Part shown: positions 1 through 12,455 of the stretch, piece after piece
Layout: each line of letters starts with the position of its first letter
Position numbering within the stretch: the stretch's first letter is position 1
Origin: Basidiobolus meristosporus CBS 931.73
Lineage: Eukaryota; Fungi; Basidiobolomycota
Direction: 5' to 3'
DNA: 64,000 nucleotides
Assembly (NCBI GenBank): GCA_002104905.1
Contig: MCFE01000239.1
Coordinates: 1 to 64,000, forward strand
Notes under the pieces: generated by a model
Told to the model about the DNA's origin: nothing
What the model saw: only the letters and a program-made list of their open reading frames with translations
The model's database searches: none
Program-made: the position numbers and the translations under genes

Positions 1-168
1 AGATATGCATCTGGTACTCAATACCCATGGCACTCTGAATCTAGCTCCTGTGGCTTGAAACCTGTCACAAAAATGCATGGCAATATCTTGGTTCACTGGT
101 ACTATCTGGCACTGTAAGTGCCTTGTCTAGATCTTACTTTAGGGCTAATAATTAAATATAGTGCCAGA
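1..168. mobile_element. Truncated copy of the foldback MITE family (inner left arm, spacer, start of right arm)
   Basis: Aligns to ~24954-25121 of the intact foldback. It is cut by the window start and by the gypsy-B LTR at ~169. Confidence 0.85.
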
Positions 169-652
169 AATACCAGCTCCTTCTAGAAAGTTCTACTACT
201 TTCTAGCATCTTCTTGAGAGCTCCAAGTCAATGTTTCACAATGGAACATTATATGGAAGCTTCCCATTAGAATTTATGCAGTTCCATGCCATATATGATA
301 ACTACATGTCACATGACTTAGTCACATGATCAGCAGACCCCTGACATATCTCCATATGATATTCCAGTCTGTTTTTAGTATATTCTAATTTGGCACACTT
401 ACTGTGCCTCACCCCAGAACCCCATCAGTTTTAGCCAATATTTCTTGGCAATCATATTGCCAAAAAGTATATATAGTCATATCCCCCCTTATGTTTTCCT
501 CAGTCTGATAAACACAGGTCTTGAATAACCAGCCTTGTCTTAGAAATCCACCTTGCCTTGGAAACATGTTTGCCTTGTTGATCCACACCTAGATCCTTTC
601 CTGGTTCTGCCTTGCCTAGCTCTACTCTCCTGCCTTGTGTCTATTCATATCA
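169..652 (+). mobile_element. Gypsy-B LTR, 5'-truncated solo copy
   Basis: Reverse complement of the 27874-28560 LTR without the MITE insert. It ends ATTCATATCA (other copies end ATTCATAACA) and has a TATA-like tract near 470. Confidence 0.85.
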
Positions 653-805
653 CTTTATTTATAATGCTTACTATAGTAGGACATCATTGATCTTACATTC
701 ATGTAGGTACAATGTCTCAAATGCAAGACTGTCCTAAATTAACATGAGTATTGACTAAAAGTGATATAATAGCATTACATTGTTGAAGGTCAAAATGCTT
801 GCCCC

Positions 806-2815
806 ATGGATAAGACTACTTGGATTCAACACCATAAGAGAAGTGAAAAAAGATCATGTGGCAATTGTGGCAAGCCTCTCAGCCATGAAGCATGCAGACA
901 GCATAGGAAGTATTACAAGGATCATGGCCAGTGTATTGCCATACAAGTCATATTGACCAATCATCAGTCACTACTGCACCATGTTTCCACTAATATCAGT
1001 AATGGAGGCTTTAGGATCCAATGCTACTTCTTATCCAAATCATTCCAGGATGCAACTTACCATGCACATGGTACAAGTGGACAACCATCATACAGCTGGC
1101 AACATAAGATCCAGAGACTGTCCTGATTCCAGCATGTGTTAACAGTTGCATGGCATTCACACCTAAATATGCTACCATTGCATCATGTCCAAATTGTTGG
1201 GAATCTACTACCATTGAGGGAAAACATTGTTCACACTCCAGATATATTCCAGTAACACCCTATCTAAAGAAGCTAATGCAGTACAACAAATATTGCAAAG
1301 CTATACAGTACTACACTTGATTTCAATCATGTGCAAACATAACCAATATATTTGGTGGCAAACCTTACAGACAGTTGAGAATCAAGGGCTTCATTGAGGT
1401 ATGTATGACCATACCTTTGCTTTAGCACTTGATGGACTCTCATTAAACAAGTACTCTACCAGCAAATCCTCCTGGCCACTGATTTTCATCAATCTGAATT
1501 TGCCACCCATCTTCCAGTACCAGGGCACTAATCTGATGGTAGTCTCACAGGTATCTGGGCCTAAATCAGTGTCTAACCAGGATAGCTACCTGTATCCACT
1601 GGATGAATTTTGGATGCTTTCCAGTGAAATAACAGTAAATGACTGTCATGTAAAATTACTGTTTATCATCTGCATTGGAGATACCCCAGCCATCAGCAAG
1701 ATGGCAGGTTTTTCCAGGCACAATGAATGATGTTGCTATCAAGTGTGTGAGATCCATGGGACATACACCATAACTCACACACATTGTTATTACCCAAACA
1801 CTAGTGCTAAGAACATCACTTCCCACAGAGAGCACATACAGAAGTCAGCATGCAATTGCAGCAAAGATGGCAAGCTATAAGTCATTGTCTGGAATAAGGA
1901 ATCAATCAGTAATCAGAGATACTTAAGATAGGAGGTATCAGCTGGAGCAAAAGCTTTCCACTGGGAGCAATGCATTTGCTTTGCAACAATATCCCTATAT
2001 TGAGGACCAAGTTGTACATGACACATTTCAAGCTAAGTAAGCCATTTGATATACTGGCAAAATTTGAAAGAATTGCAAAATATTGCAGAATATCTGCTAC
2101 CCTAGTACTTCTCATAGGCTCCAATCAATATTCATATGCATATGCAACAATATATATCAAAGACTGGATGAACTGAATATTTATTTGTTCAAGTGGCATT
2201 CTGAAGACATCCCTACTAAGAGTACATTGGAAGCATTGGGAGTCATACATGGACATTGTAGGAATATTTATCCAGAAGCAGATCACCAATGCCAACTTGA
2301 CACATTAACAGCTGTTGGGTAAGGAATTTGTAATGATATTTGAGCTGCTATACTATAAACATAAAGCTGTATGCATATATCTTTGCTGCTACTGCATCCA
2401 TTCTCTACTCTATCTTACACACTGTGTGGAGAATATTGGGCCTTGCTTCATCTTTTGGGAGTTTCTTATGGAGCAGATGTGCGGCAAGATAGGAAGTTGA
2501 GTCAAGTTGCAGGTGATACCATATCCTATTCTAATCAAGAATATTACCTTCAAGTCCATCATGAATGTGATGAGCTGGCACATGGTGGACAGCCTGGAAG
2601 AGTTGGAAAATACTGAGGACAGATGTGCACATGGAGACACCTATGCTTATGGCATTAGGACACTAAGCAGCCCCATTGCATGGGTAATTAGTTACAAAAA
2701 GTAAGTTTAGGTTAGGTGCAACAAGCAACTAATTCTAATTAAGAAAACGCTACCAAGGTATGCCAGATTTCCCATGGTAACCAACCAAATTTTACACCAT
2801 TCAATATGAATTTCA
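806..2815 (+). pseudogene. CACTA Tnp2/Transposase_21-like transposase, degraded; continues at ~10427-10720
   Basis: Motifs FALALDG, SWPLIFINLNLPP, GPKS..N.DSYLYPL, IGDTPAISK, HSLLYL.HCVENIGP...FWEF.ME. Many stops and frameshifts. Confidence 0.8.
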
Positions 2816-3369
2816 TGTTGCAACTTAAGAAGTGATTTGGATATAAGGAACTTATCAAGAAATAGTGATAATGGTTGAACAGCTGTTTATTAGTACACAA
2901 GCTCAGTATTTATACCTTTGCAGAAGTAATACAGCTGTAACACTAAGTACGGTGGGTTTCTCAATATTCAGGAGCATTCTCTAACAGTTTCAGGGTTAGT
3001 ACACAATGGTTAGTATTAGGCTAATTTGTTCCTGACTATAGGGGAGTAATCATAAGATCATAGATCTGGAGAAAGTGGCAAAGTTAGAGCTGTAAATTAG
3101 TCACACAGTAACCAAGACTAGTTCAGAACTGTCAAGTAAATTTTTAGCTGCGGGATGATATCAAATAGTTCAATATTTCAATACTCCCCCACAACTAAAT
3201 AGACTTGTTTTGTTGGATAGTGCCACATAGTGCCAGTCTGGTTATAGTGCCGGATTCATCTGGCTCTATCTGGCTCTATAATTTCTACCATCATGCCAGT
3301 GGTAGGTTATAGTTACTGGTAATTCTACTCAATCTTATGTTGCTCAGAGTAGTGCTTTCCTTGCATTAT

Positions 3370-4362
3370 TTACTCTTCATAATGCTCCAGACACATATCT
3401 CTTGGTGGATGTCTTCTTGTATGAATAAACTGTACATTAATATATATTTTAACTATTTTACCTATTCCATTGTGTTCTCCTATAAATAACTTTCCTCTAT
3501 ATTTACATGCCAATATGCTGAATCTTTTCAGATATCCAAATGTATGCTCTACCCTAACTCTGAAACAATCAAATATCTCATTGTAGAGCTTCTGCTTCCT
3601 GCTAAGCACACCATTCCTTGGCTTCCTATAAGCTGTAATACATCCTAATCTCTGACAATCCTCTCCTATATAAGCTAAGTCTGCCATACATTTCTCCCCT
3701 CTACTGAATTCAGGATGATTCTCTACCCAGAGTGCTTTGTCATGCCTACTTCCAGCAAATGGCCCACTAAACCAGATGATGTTACCCTCAATGTCAGACA
3801 GTGCTTGAAACATCACACAGTGTGCCTTGCACTTGCCAGAATAATAGTGCCTCTGCCCTCTAGAAGGCCTGTGAATCCTGACTGGGAAGGTATCCAAAAT
3901 ACTCCTTAGTGCTTGAAACTTCATTCAGTGTACCTTGTACTTGCCAGAGTAAAAGTGCCACTGCCCTCTAGAAGGTCTGTTAATCCTCACTGGGAAGGTA
4001 TCCAAGATACTCCTTATACACAACCTGCTGCTGAACACTCTGGGATATGGAAGTCTATTGGAGCTTCTAAACCTAGTACTCCAAGCTTGCATTAAGTCAT
4101 TCACACCCTCTGCAAGGTGGTTCTCCATTGCTATCAGCTGAGAATGAAAGTTTCTAGGACTTTTGTTGCCATGGATGGCCAGATGCAACCTTGTAGGGCA
4201 ATAGTCCTTGTAATAGCAGAGAAGCTTAACAAGGGATCTTGTTGAGTAGATTGGGGTAGATCAACCACAGTACTTGGTATAGATCTCCTCTAGTATGTCA
4301 AAAGGAGATCCAGTGGTAATGATGGGATTGATTAGAAAAGACCATTCAGATGAGTAAGTCAT
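3370..4362 (-). pseudogene. DDE_Tnp_4-type transposase with in-frame stops and a 108-bp internal duplication
   Basis: Motifs LDTFPVRI.RP..GQ..YYSGK.K.HC, WFSGPFAGSRHD, MADLAYIG, YN.....RVRVEHTFG.LKRF.IL. Inferred ATG at 4362. Confidence 0.85.
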
Positions 4363-4812
4363 ATTAGAACTGGGAGGATCAGGATGAGATGATTAGATTT
4401 AATTTGGCACAATTAGCTTTATTTATCTGATTTTCCATGCATTATGATTAAATCACCATCAATTGCCATGTATCCCATCATTTTGTTGCAAAAATCATCC
4501 TCAAACAATGACTGGGAATCTTTATTGATGTTTTGCTCACAAGTCTATAATCAAATAGGAAATCTGCAATTGATGTGATCTGATCTGTGTCAATGCAATC
4601 CAAGAAGCATCATGCATAATATATGGAAAACTCAACAATCACATTAGTTTTCATATATATTTAATATAAGACCAGCTTGAAGCCAATTCACCACTGTATA
4701 AGTATCCAAATCCGTCACTGTGGTCCCTATACCAAGTCTCAACTCATCTTTAGTTCAACCCTGACAAAACCCATCCCCCAGCTTACAAGCGCGGTCCGGA
4801 CCGGAAAAGTCA

Positions 4813-5124
4813 ATGTTGGATCCGTTCAAGTTCTTGCCAAATGATTTCAGTATGGCCCAAATGTCTATGATGACCCTTCATACAGATATTTGGGCTCTAC
4901 TATTTAATCTAGCAGAACTAGATACCTTGGAGAGTAAACAGAGATGGAAGAACCTGAGTAGAAAGTTGTGGCATGAGTTCTACATCAAGATGCCAGCGGA
5001 TGTATGTAAGAAGATATATAACAAGACAGGTATTGACATCAAGAATGAGCTGAGATTGAGGGGATTTGACAAAGAAGCCACACAGGAACGATTTTGGCAA
5101 GTAAAAGAATGCGTCAGAGCGTAG
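4813..5124 (+). CDS. Orphan 103-aa ORF inside the DDE element, divergent from the transposase
   Basis: Uninterrupted ORF that keeps several CpGs. No recognised family; weak F-box-like pattern only. Confidence 0.35.
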   Translation: MLDPFKFLPNDFSMAQMSMMTLHTDIWALLFNLAELDTLESKQRWKNLSRKLWHEFYIKMPADVCKKIYNKTGIDIKNELRLRGFDKEATQERFWQVKECVRA

Positions 5125-6079
5125 CACTGCAAACCGGCCCAGTTGCATCATCCGGTGCAATTCAGCATGGTCAAGCTGCAGCATTGCACTCATCAACTAG
5201 GAGGCAAAATACAGACTGCCAATATCAAGTAGCCAAGTGGATAGTCAACAAGAAAGTAGTTTAGGTGTGCAAAGTGAATTACTATCAAATGCTTCAGTAG
5301 TAATCCCTGTAAGAAACAAGCCTAGGAAAAGATGATGCAATTGCATTGAATTGATATTATTTTTAATGATCTAAACAACGCATTTTTTTTGCAATCCGCA
5401 TCAAGCCATTGCAAATCAGTGATCACTATATTTTGATATAAGCAATATTAAGGTCATCTCACATTTGAGACAGGACCCCTATAAATAAACACCCTGCACA
5501 TGTATATATCATCTGTGGCACAAGTGCAGCTATTTGATCTGATTTGCACCCATACATTTTGGTTGCATGCTAGTTATGACACCTTGTCAAGTCACTAGGG
5601 TCAGGGATTTACTTGCTTAATGGGCATAATGGGATATTTGATGGCAAATCAGGTAGCTTGTGTATTGGTCAAAGAGCCAATTGGGGGCTGAAAGCTTCAG
5701 GATACTTTTGGACCAATTAACCACTGAGATACCATCCAACTGGAGTGATGGTAGCAAAAATGGCAAGTATCAGTGTAGTTTATAGTGTGATACTCATTTA
5801 TTTCCATTTACATTAAAGAGACATATCCAAATACCGGATTTTACCTACAATATTAGCGGTATCTAATTGTGCACGTGATGCAAACATTACAAGTGGTTGC
5901 AATCATTTGTTCTAACCTCATCATGTCAGATTGTGCCATAGTGTGCAAGATTGTCCCACATGGTGCAAAATTGTACAAGAGCAATCCAGCCTACTGGTAG
6001 CTACAATATTGCGCCCAATTGTTCTTTAAGACTGGGGATTGTGCCGCGCACCCTGGCAGAGTACAATGGATTGAGTCTA

Positions 6080-9000
6080 TTAATTTCCTAATCCTAACTC
6101 CTCCCTAAGATTCTCAAATTTTGGCCTAGCTACTGGTTTTGTCAATAGATTTGCCACCATTTTGTTAGTTGTGCAGTACACTAACTCTACCAAGTTATTT
6201 TTTACAGCTTCCCTCTCACAGTGATGCTGTGTATCAATGTGCTTGGTTCTGGTATGATCAGTTGGATATCTAGCTAATGAAGTACAACTTTGATTATCCT
6301 TGTAAATACATGTTGGTTCATCTGAATTAAGACCTAAGTCTTTGAATAATTTCTGTGGCCATATAGCCTCCTTAGTTGCTTGACATGCAGCCATATATTC
6401 TGCCTCAGTTGTAGATAGGGCCTCAGTTGGTTGTTTCTTGCAATTCCAAGTAATAGCTGCACCAGCACAAAGTAATACATAGCCTGTGGTAGAGCATCTG
6501 TCAATCAGATTCCTGCCCCAATCTGAAACACTATAACCATCAATTTTTTGCCTATTAGCTGCTCCAGAGTATTCCAGCACCATATTTATGGTACCTTGTA
6601 GATATCTGAAAATCCGCATAACTGCTGCAATTTGTTCTGATCCATAACTCTGCACAAATTGACTGAGTATTCCAACTACCACTACAATATCTGGATGTGT
6701 AGACACCATCAAGTTTATTAGGTTACCAACCATTGATTGATAGGGAAAGTTTTGGTTCATATTTGAGCCATTTTCATCTGTAACTGGCTGAGATTTGCTT
6801 ATTTCAGGTTATTGTCCGTAGCTGTAGCTGCAGGTTTGCAATTTTCTATTTTGAAGCATCTGAGAATGTCCCTGATGTACTTGGACTGATTCAGCAAAAT
6901 ATTCTGCGTAGGTATGTCAAATTTGACCTCAAATTAAAGCAAATAGCGCAACTTTCCAAGATCTTTCAACTCAAACCTGCTGAAGAGATCTGATTTTGTC
7001 AGTTTAAGTGTCTCTTGGTCACTTGTAGCTATAATTAGGCTGTCCACACAGAGAACTAGGATGCTCACACCCTTTATGAGCTGCTTCACATATATACTGT
7101 GATCTGCAGTGCTACAACAGAACCCAATTTCCTCTATATATGTGTCAATCTTGTCTTACCATGCTCTAGTTGCCTGCTTAGGCCCATACAACAATTTTCT
7201 AAGATTGCACACCTTATAGGGGTCATTTGGAACAGTGAAACCTTCCGGTTGCACCTTATATATAGTTTCTTGCAATTCCCCATTCCTTCCGGTTGCACCT
7301 TATATATAGTTTCTTGCAATTCCCCATTTAGAAAGGCTATTATGACGTCCATTTGGTGCAGATCTTGACTGTGTGCAGCTGCCAGGGCCAGAACAATCCT
7401 AATGGAATTAAACTTGACTACCAGAGCAAATGTTTCCTTAAAGTCTGGTCCCTGGAACTGGGAATAGCCTATAGCCACAAATCTAGCCTAGTACATATTA
7501 ACGGCCCCATTTGAGGTTATCTTGATCTTGTAGACCCATCTACATCCTATTGGCTTTCTCCCAATTGGTATATCTACCAGTTCCCATGTTTTTGCCTTGA
7601 TCAGTGATTAGAACTCCTCCTGCATGGCTTGTTGTCACATAGTAGCATCTGGACTTTGAATTGTCTGTTGCAGATTCTGAGGTTTGACACATAAGGCAAG
7701 ATAAGCTTCTTCACAATCATTGGATGTCTGCCACCAGGGTCCAAGGGCATTTCTTGTTCTGGTAGATCTCCTCACTGGGATAATCTGTTCTGATCTGGGA
7801 GTGGTAGAAGTATGTTACATATCTGGCTGGATTTGTTACGTATCATCTTCATTAGTATTGATTGCATCATCAGGCCGCTGGCCAATGATTTCTGTGACTT
7901 TCTGATCTGAATTCTCCTCAAATGCAATGTCCCTGCTGTTGGTCAGCTTCTTGATTTTGCCATCATACACTCTATACCCTTTAGTATCTTCACAATACTA
8001 AAGAAAGATCCTTTTCCTACTCTTTGGTACCAACTTCAATTGTTTATGTCAGGGATGTGATAAAACACATCACTGCCAAAAATCTTGAGGTGCTGGAGAT
8101 CTGCTTTTTAGCCTGTATATGCCTCAAAGGGTGTAGAATCACGTAGTACTGTTGTTTTGCATCTATTCTTGATGTATACTGCAGTAGCAACAGATTCAGC
8201 CCAGAATCTGTAGTCCATTCCCTTATCATTTAGCATAGATCTTCTCATCTCTGCTATTGTTCTATTTGCACATTCTGCTACTCCATTTTGCTGTGGAGTA
8301 CAAAGAACTGTGGTCTATTGAATTATACCAGTAGACAGGCAGTATTTTGCAAGCTCCTTCAAACAGTATTCTCCTCCATTGTCACTTTGTAGTACCTTCA
8401 ATGTACACCCAGTTGGTATTACTGCCATGTTCTTGATATGCTTAAATGTCTCTGAAGCTTCTTCCTTTGTTTTGCGGAAGTACACCCATGTATATATTGT
8501 TTTGTCTTCAATTGTCATCATAAAGTATCTCTTTGCTCCAAAGGACAGTATTGTCATGGGGCCACATATGTCTGAGTGTACAATAGCCTATATTTTGGTG
8601 GTATTGATGCCTTCTGAGCTCTTTAAACCTTGCCTAGCTTGTTTATCATATGAACATCCCTTACAAACATTCAATTTGATTGGAATTCAGTATTTTTGGC
8701 CCAAAACAAGCTAATTTTTCATCAATTGGATCATCTTCTGTTTCCCAATGTGACCTATACTCCTGTGCCATGTCTTCTAATTGGCTTCATCAGTTTCAGC
8801 AATGCTGACATACTCAGATACAATGATCTTGCATTGTAACTTGTATATATTGTGATCTCTGATTCCCAAAGCTAATTTTTGTCTATTCTCACTGAATATT
8901 GAGCAGCTCATCTTAGTAAAAACAAATTTCAGTCCCTGAGCAGTTGCTTTACTGACTGATAGTAGATTCTTAGCTCTTCCAGGTACATAGGGTATGTCAG

Positions 9001-10016
9001 TGAGTCATGCTGTTGTTGCCCCTGAGCTATTGCTCATATTTACTTGTATAGATCCAGTTGCGGTAGCTCCCAGAGCAGAGTTATCTCCCAGATAAACCTT
9101 TCTTGGAGGAATAGTCTTTAAGTTGCTGAACCACTTCTTTATACCACAAATATGCTATGAGGCCCCAGAGTGAATATACCATTCAATACTTTGGTTACTT
9201 GCAATCTCTTGTACAATTACAAATAACTGTTCATCAGTAGTTACATATTTTGCCTGCTCTAGCTTCTGTTTTTTGTCTGCTTGTTTCTTCTTGCATTCTC
9301 TTGCCCAGTGTCCTGGCTATTTACAATAGTTGCAGCAACCAGGTTTTCTTTGATTTTGTTGCTTTCCCTTCTTTTCTATGCGCCTTTCTAAACTGAATAA
9401 AGCATTATCATTGATTTTCTCTGCTTGATCATTATGTCTGAGTTGTTCATGGAGGAGTCTTTTTTTGACATAGTCTCAAGTCAAATTGTCTTCTCTGCTT
9501 TCAAAAGAAAGTATGAGTGGCTAATACTTGTCTGGTAGGCTGCAAAGCAGACATAGTATCTTTTCTTCATCATCTACACCAGCATTAATACTGTAAAGTT
9601 CTTCTGCAAGTATCTCCATTTTGGTAATGAGTTGTAGCATGTCATCATCTGGCTTCTTCCTCACGTTAGAAACTTTGGTTTTAAGTAAAACTTGGTTTAT
9701 ACTGACTTTGCTCCAAAGATCTTCTCTAAAGATTCCCATGCTGCTTTGGCAGTATTTGAGGCATGGATTTGTCCATCAAAGGAATCTTGCACATTGATAC
9801 ATATGGCATTAAAGGCCTTTCTCCCGTTCTCTTAAAACTTCTCCACTTCTTCTGCTGCTCCTTTGGGCTCACTTCTTTTTCTGTTACTATACTCCAAAGC
9901 TTCTTTTCCTTACAGTGGCTCTGCATCCTGATTCTCCAAAGTCTGTAGTTCTTTCCATCAAACCTTTCCTTTACAGAGAAGATGTTTGTGTTGTTCTGTA
10001 TGCTAATAGAAGTCAT
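6080..10016 (-). pseudogene. Copia-A gag-pol (gag, protease, integrase, RT, RNase H), fragmented
   Basis: Fragments FDGKNYRLW (gag), LQSDNGGEY (integrase), DVIIAFLNG.L.E.IY..QPEG (RT) and ALSTTEAEY...RTKHID (RNase H). Confidence 0.9.
7241..7328. repeat. Perfect 2 x 44-bp tandem duplication inside copia-A RT
   Basis: CCTTCCGGTTGCACCTTATATATAGTTTCTTGCAATTCCCCATT at 7241-7284 and 7285-7328. Confidence 0.95.
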
Positions 10017-12455
10017 CTTTAGAACAGATCAAGGCAATTGGGGCTCATAACCTGTTGGAATTTAAGAACTGAATTGGAAATAAGGAACTTATCAAGAAAT
10101 AGCAATAATAGTTGAGCTGTTGTTTATTAATAAAGAAACTCAGTATTTATACCTTTGTAAAAGTGATACAGCTGTAACACTAAGTAAGAAGGGTTTCTTA
10201 ATATTAAGCAGCATTCTGAAACAGTTTCAGGGTTAGTACATAATAGTTAGTATTAGTGTTAATTTGTTCCTGACTATAGGGGAATAATCATAGGATCATA
10301 GATTGGGAGAAAGTGGCAAAGTTAGAGCTGTCAATTAGTCCCACAGTGACCAAGACTAGTCCAGAATTGTTAAGTATATTTTTAGCTGCAGAATGATACC
10401 AAATTGTCCAATATTTCAACATTTCACACAAACAAGAGCCAGAGCACAACTATAATGGGGACTAGAATCCAGCAGGAAGAAGGAATATATTGGCTAAATT
10501 ATGAGAAGTTCTTTGCAGATATTGAGGAGGTATTCATAGCAGAAGTTGTGACAACCAAGCATATGTTTGCAAGATGTATATGTTACAAGCAATACAAGGT
10601 ACATGGCAACTTTATAAGTATCACTAAAAAGCTGTAAAGCTGAGGTGGCACAAGTACGTCAATTGCTGTAGGTGTGTGTGTTTGTAGAGGTTAGTAGGCA
10701 GGAGGTCATAGTTTTTTTTTCAAACTATATGTGGAATACCCAAGGTAGTGGTGAGTAAGCAAGTAAAGAGGGGTGACTCTACAGTTGAATATTTGAATTT
10801 CACAATGGGAGGTAAAAAAAAGGAAATACCATTTGGTATATTGGTAAAGTAGTATTATACAGAACTTGCTGAAGGCCACCATACTGCCATTATGATGCCA
10901 TCAGAATTGCACTGTGAGGCCATTGAAATACTGTCAAGCTTTTTGCTGCATAAGGAAATTAGATGTCCTGACTAGTTAGATCCACCTAAAATAGTTGTTT
11001 AGTGCAATAAGACCGCAACATTACCATGCAGTCATTGTCACAGTACCAATCAAATCCTGTTTAGTTTAAAACTCTGTTGACAGTAAAATACGCACAACAC
11101 CATTGTGATCCCATCATCAGATTCTTATGAGGGTCACTTATCCAAGCCTCTGGAGTTGTGACAGTCTCTAAATGGAATCCTGACAGCTGATCTGGATTGG
11201 TTCCACTGGTGGGACCATATTATTTTTCATAGTGAGCCAGAACCAAAGAGTAGAAAAGGGATCTGTATGGGGTATTGTGAAGATACTAAAGACAATGAGT
11301 GTATTATGGCAATATTTAGAAGCTGGTCAAGGGCAAGGATGTTATACCTAAGGACAATTCGGATCTGAAAACCACTGAGTTCATTGGTCAGTTGCCTGAT
11401 GATGCTATCAGCACTAATGAAGAAGATACATACCTAATTTAGCCAAATACAAAATAAAACTCTACCAGTTCCAGGCCAGAACAGATTATTTCAGTTAAGT
11501 GATCTATCAGAATAGGTTGTCTTGTTGTCAGACATATAATGACTATGAAGAAGCAAATCTTGCCTGATTTGCACAATCTCAGAACCTGAGGTGGGCAAGG
11601 CAAAGTCTAGATGCTACCACACAGCCACAAGCCATGCAGGAGGAGTACCAATCCCTGATGAAGGCAAAATTGTGGGAATTGGCATATTTCCCAAATGTGT
11701 GAAAGTCAAAAGGATGTAGACAGGTTGACAAGTACAAGAAAACCTCATATGGTACTATTGAGAGTACATAGATAGAGTGGTGACTTAGGGCTATTCCCAG
11801 ATCCCAAACTAAACTCAAGAAGACTGCTGCCCTGGAAGCCAAGTTTGACTTCTTTGTGACAATTCTAGCCATGGCAGTTATGCAAAGTCTAAATGTACAT
11901 CAAATAGATGTATAATAGTCTTATTCAATAAGATCTGCAAGAATCTTATATCTGAAGCAACCGGAAGGCTTTATGAGTCCAAAAGGCTCCTACAAGATGT
12001 GCAGACTCATAAAATTATTGCATTTGCTTAAGCAGGCATTTAGAGCATGGCTTGACAAGATTGATGTATATCTAGAGGAGATTGGGCTCATCCTTAGACC
12101 TGCAGATCACAGTACATATGTGTAGCCAGTGAAAAAGGGTGTGATTGTGCTGGTTCTTTGCATGAATAGCCAAATACTAGCTATAAGTGATTAGGAGGCA
12201 CTTAACAGAACAAATCAGACAACTTCAGCAAGTTTGAGATGAAAGATCTTGGTAACTAGATCAGTTCTCTTGGTATTGAGGTCAAGGTTAACATAACTAC
12301 TCAGCAAATTGTGCTGAGTTGGTTTGAGTACATTTGGGACATTCTTGGATGCTTCAAAATGTAATATGGCCAGCTTACAGCCAGACTTATGAGCAACGCC
12401 ACTACCCAGAGCTATGCAAATCTCAGCCATTCTATGGTCATATTGCACAAATATG

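Larger units (their letters stand above)
3200..6079 (-). mobile_element. IS5/ISL2EU-like (PIF/Harbinger-related) DNA transposon inserted at the end of copia-A pol
   Basis: Ends TAGACTTGTT... and ...TTGAGTCTA match the TAGACTTGTTCC termini at 24721, 25728 and 28239. The flanks rejoin to the copia sequence seen uninterrupted at ~27520-27560. Confidence 0.8.
2816..10421 (-). mobile_element. Ty1/copia LTR retrotransposon family A, full length but decayed
   Basis: LTRs at 2816-3183 and 10053-10421 (~368 bp). 5-bp TSD TTTCA on both sides, PPT at 3184-3192, PBS GGTTATGAGCCCC (sense) at 10040-10052. Confidence 0.92.
653..11234 (+). mobile_element. CACTA/EnSpm DNA transposon copy 1 (5' end missing), split by copia-A
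   Basis: Colinear with 34395-36915 and 37994-38330. The 3' end reads CATAGTG (11228-11234), the reverse complement of a CACTA terminus. Sequence rejoins seamlessly across the TTTCA TSD at 2811-2815/10422-10426. Confidence 0.75.

Noticed and set aside
806-2815. KDZ/Plavaka transposon carrying TET/JBP cargo
   Set aside because: Motifs fit Transposase_21 with a CACTA-type end. No dioxygenase-like ORF was seen.
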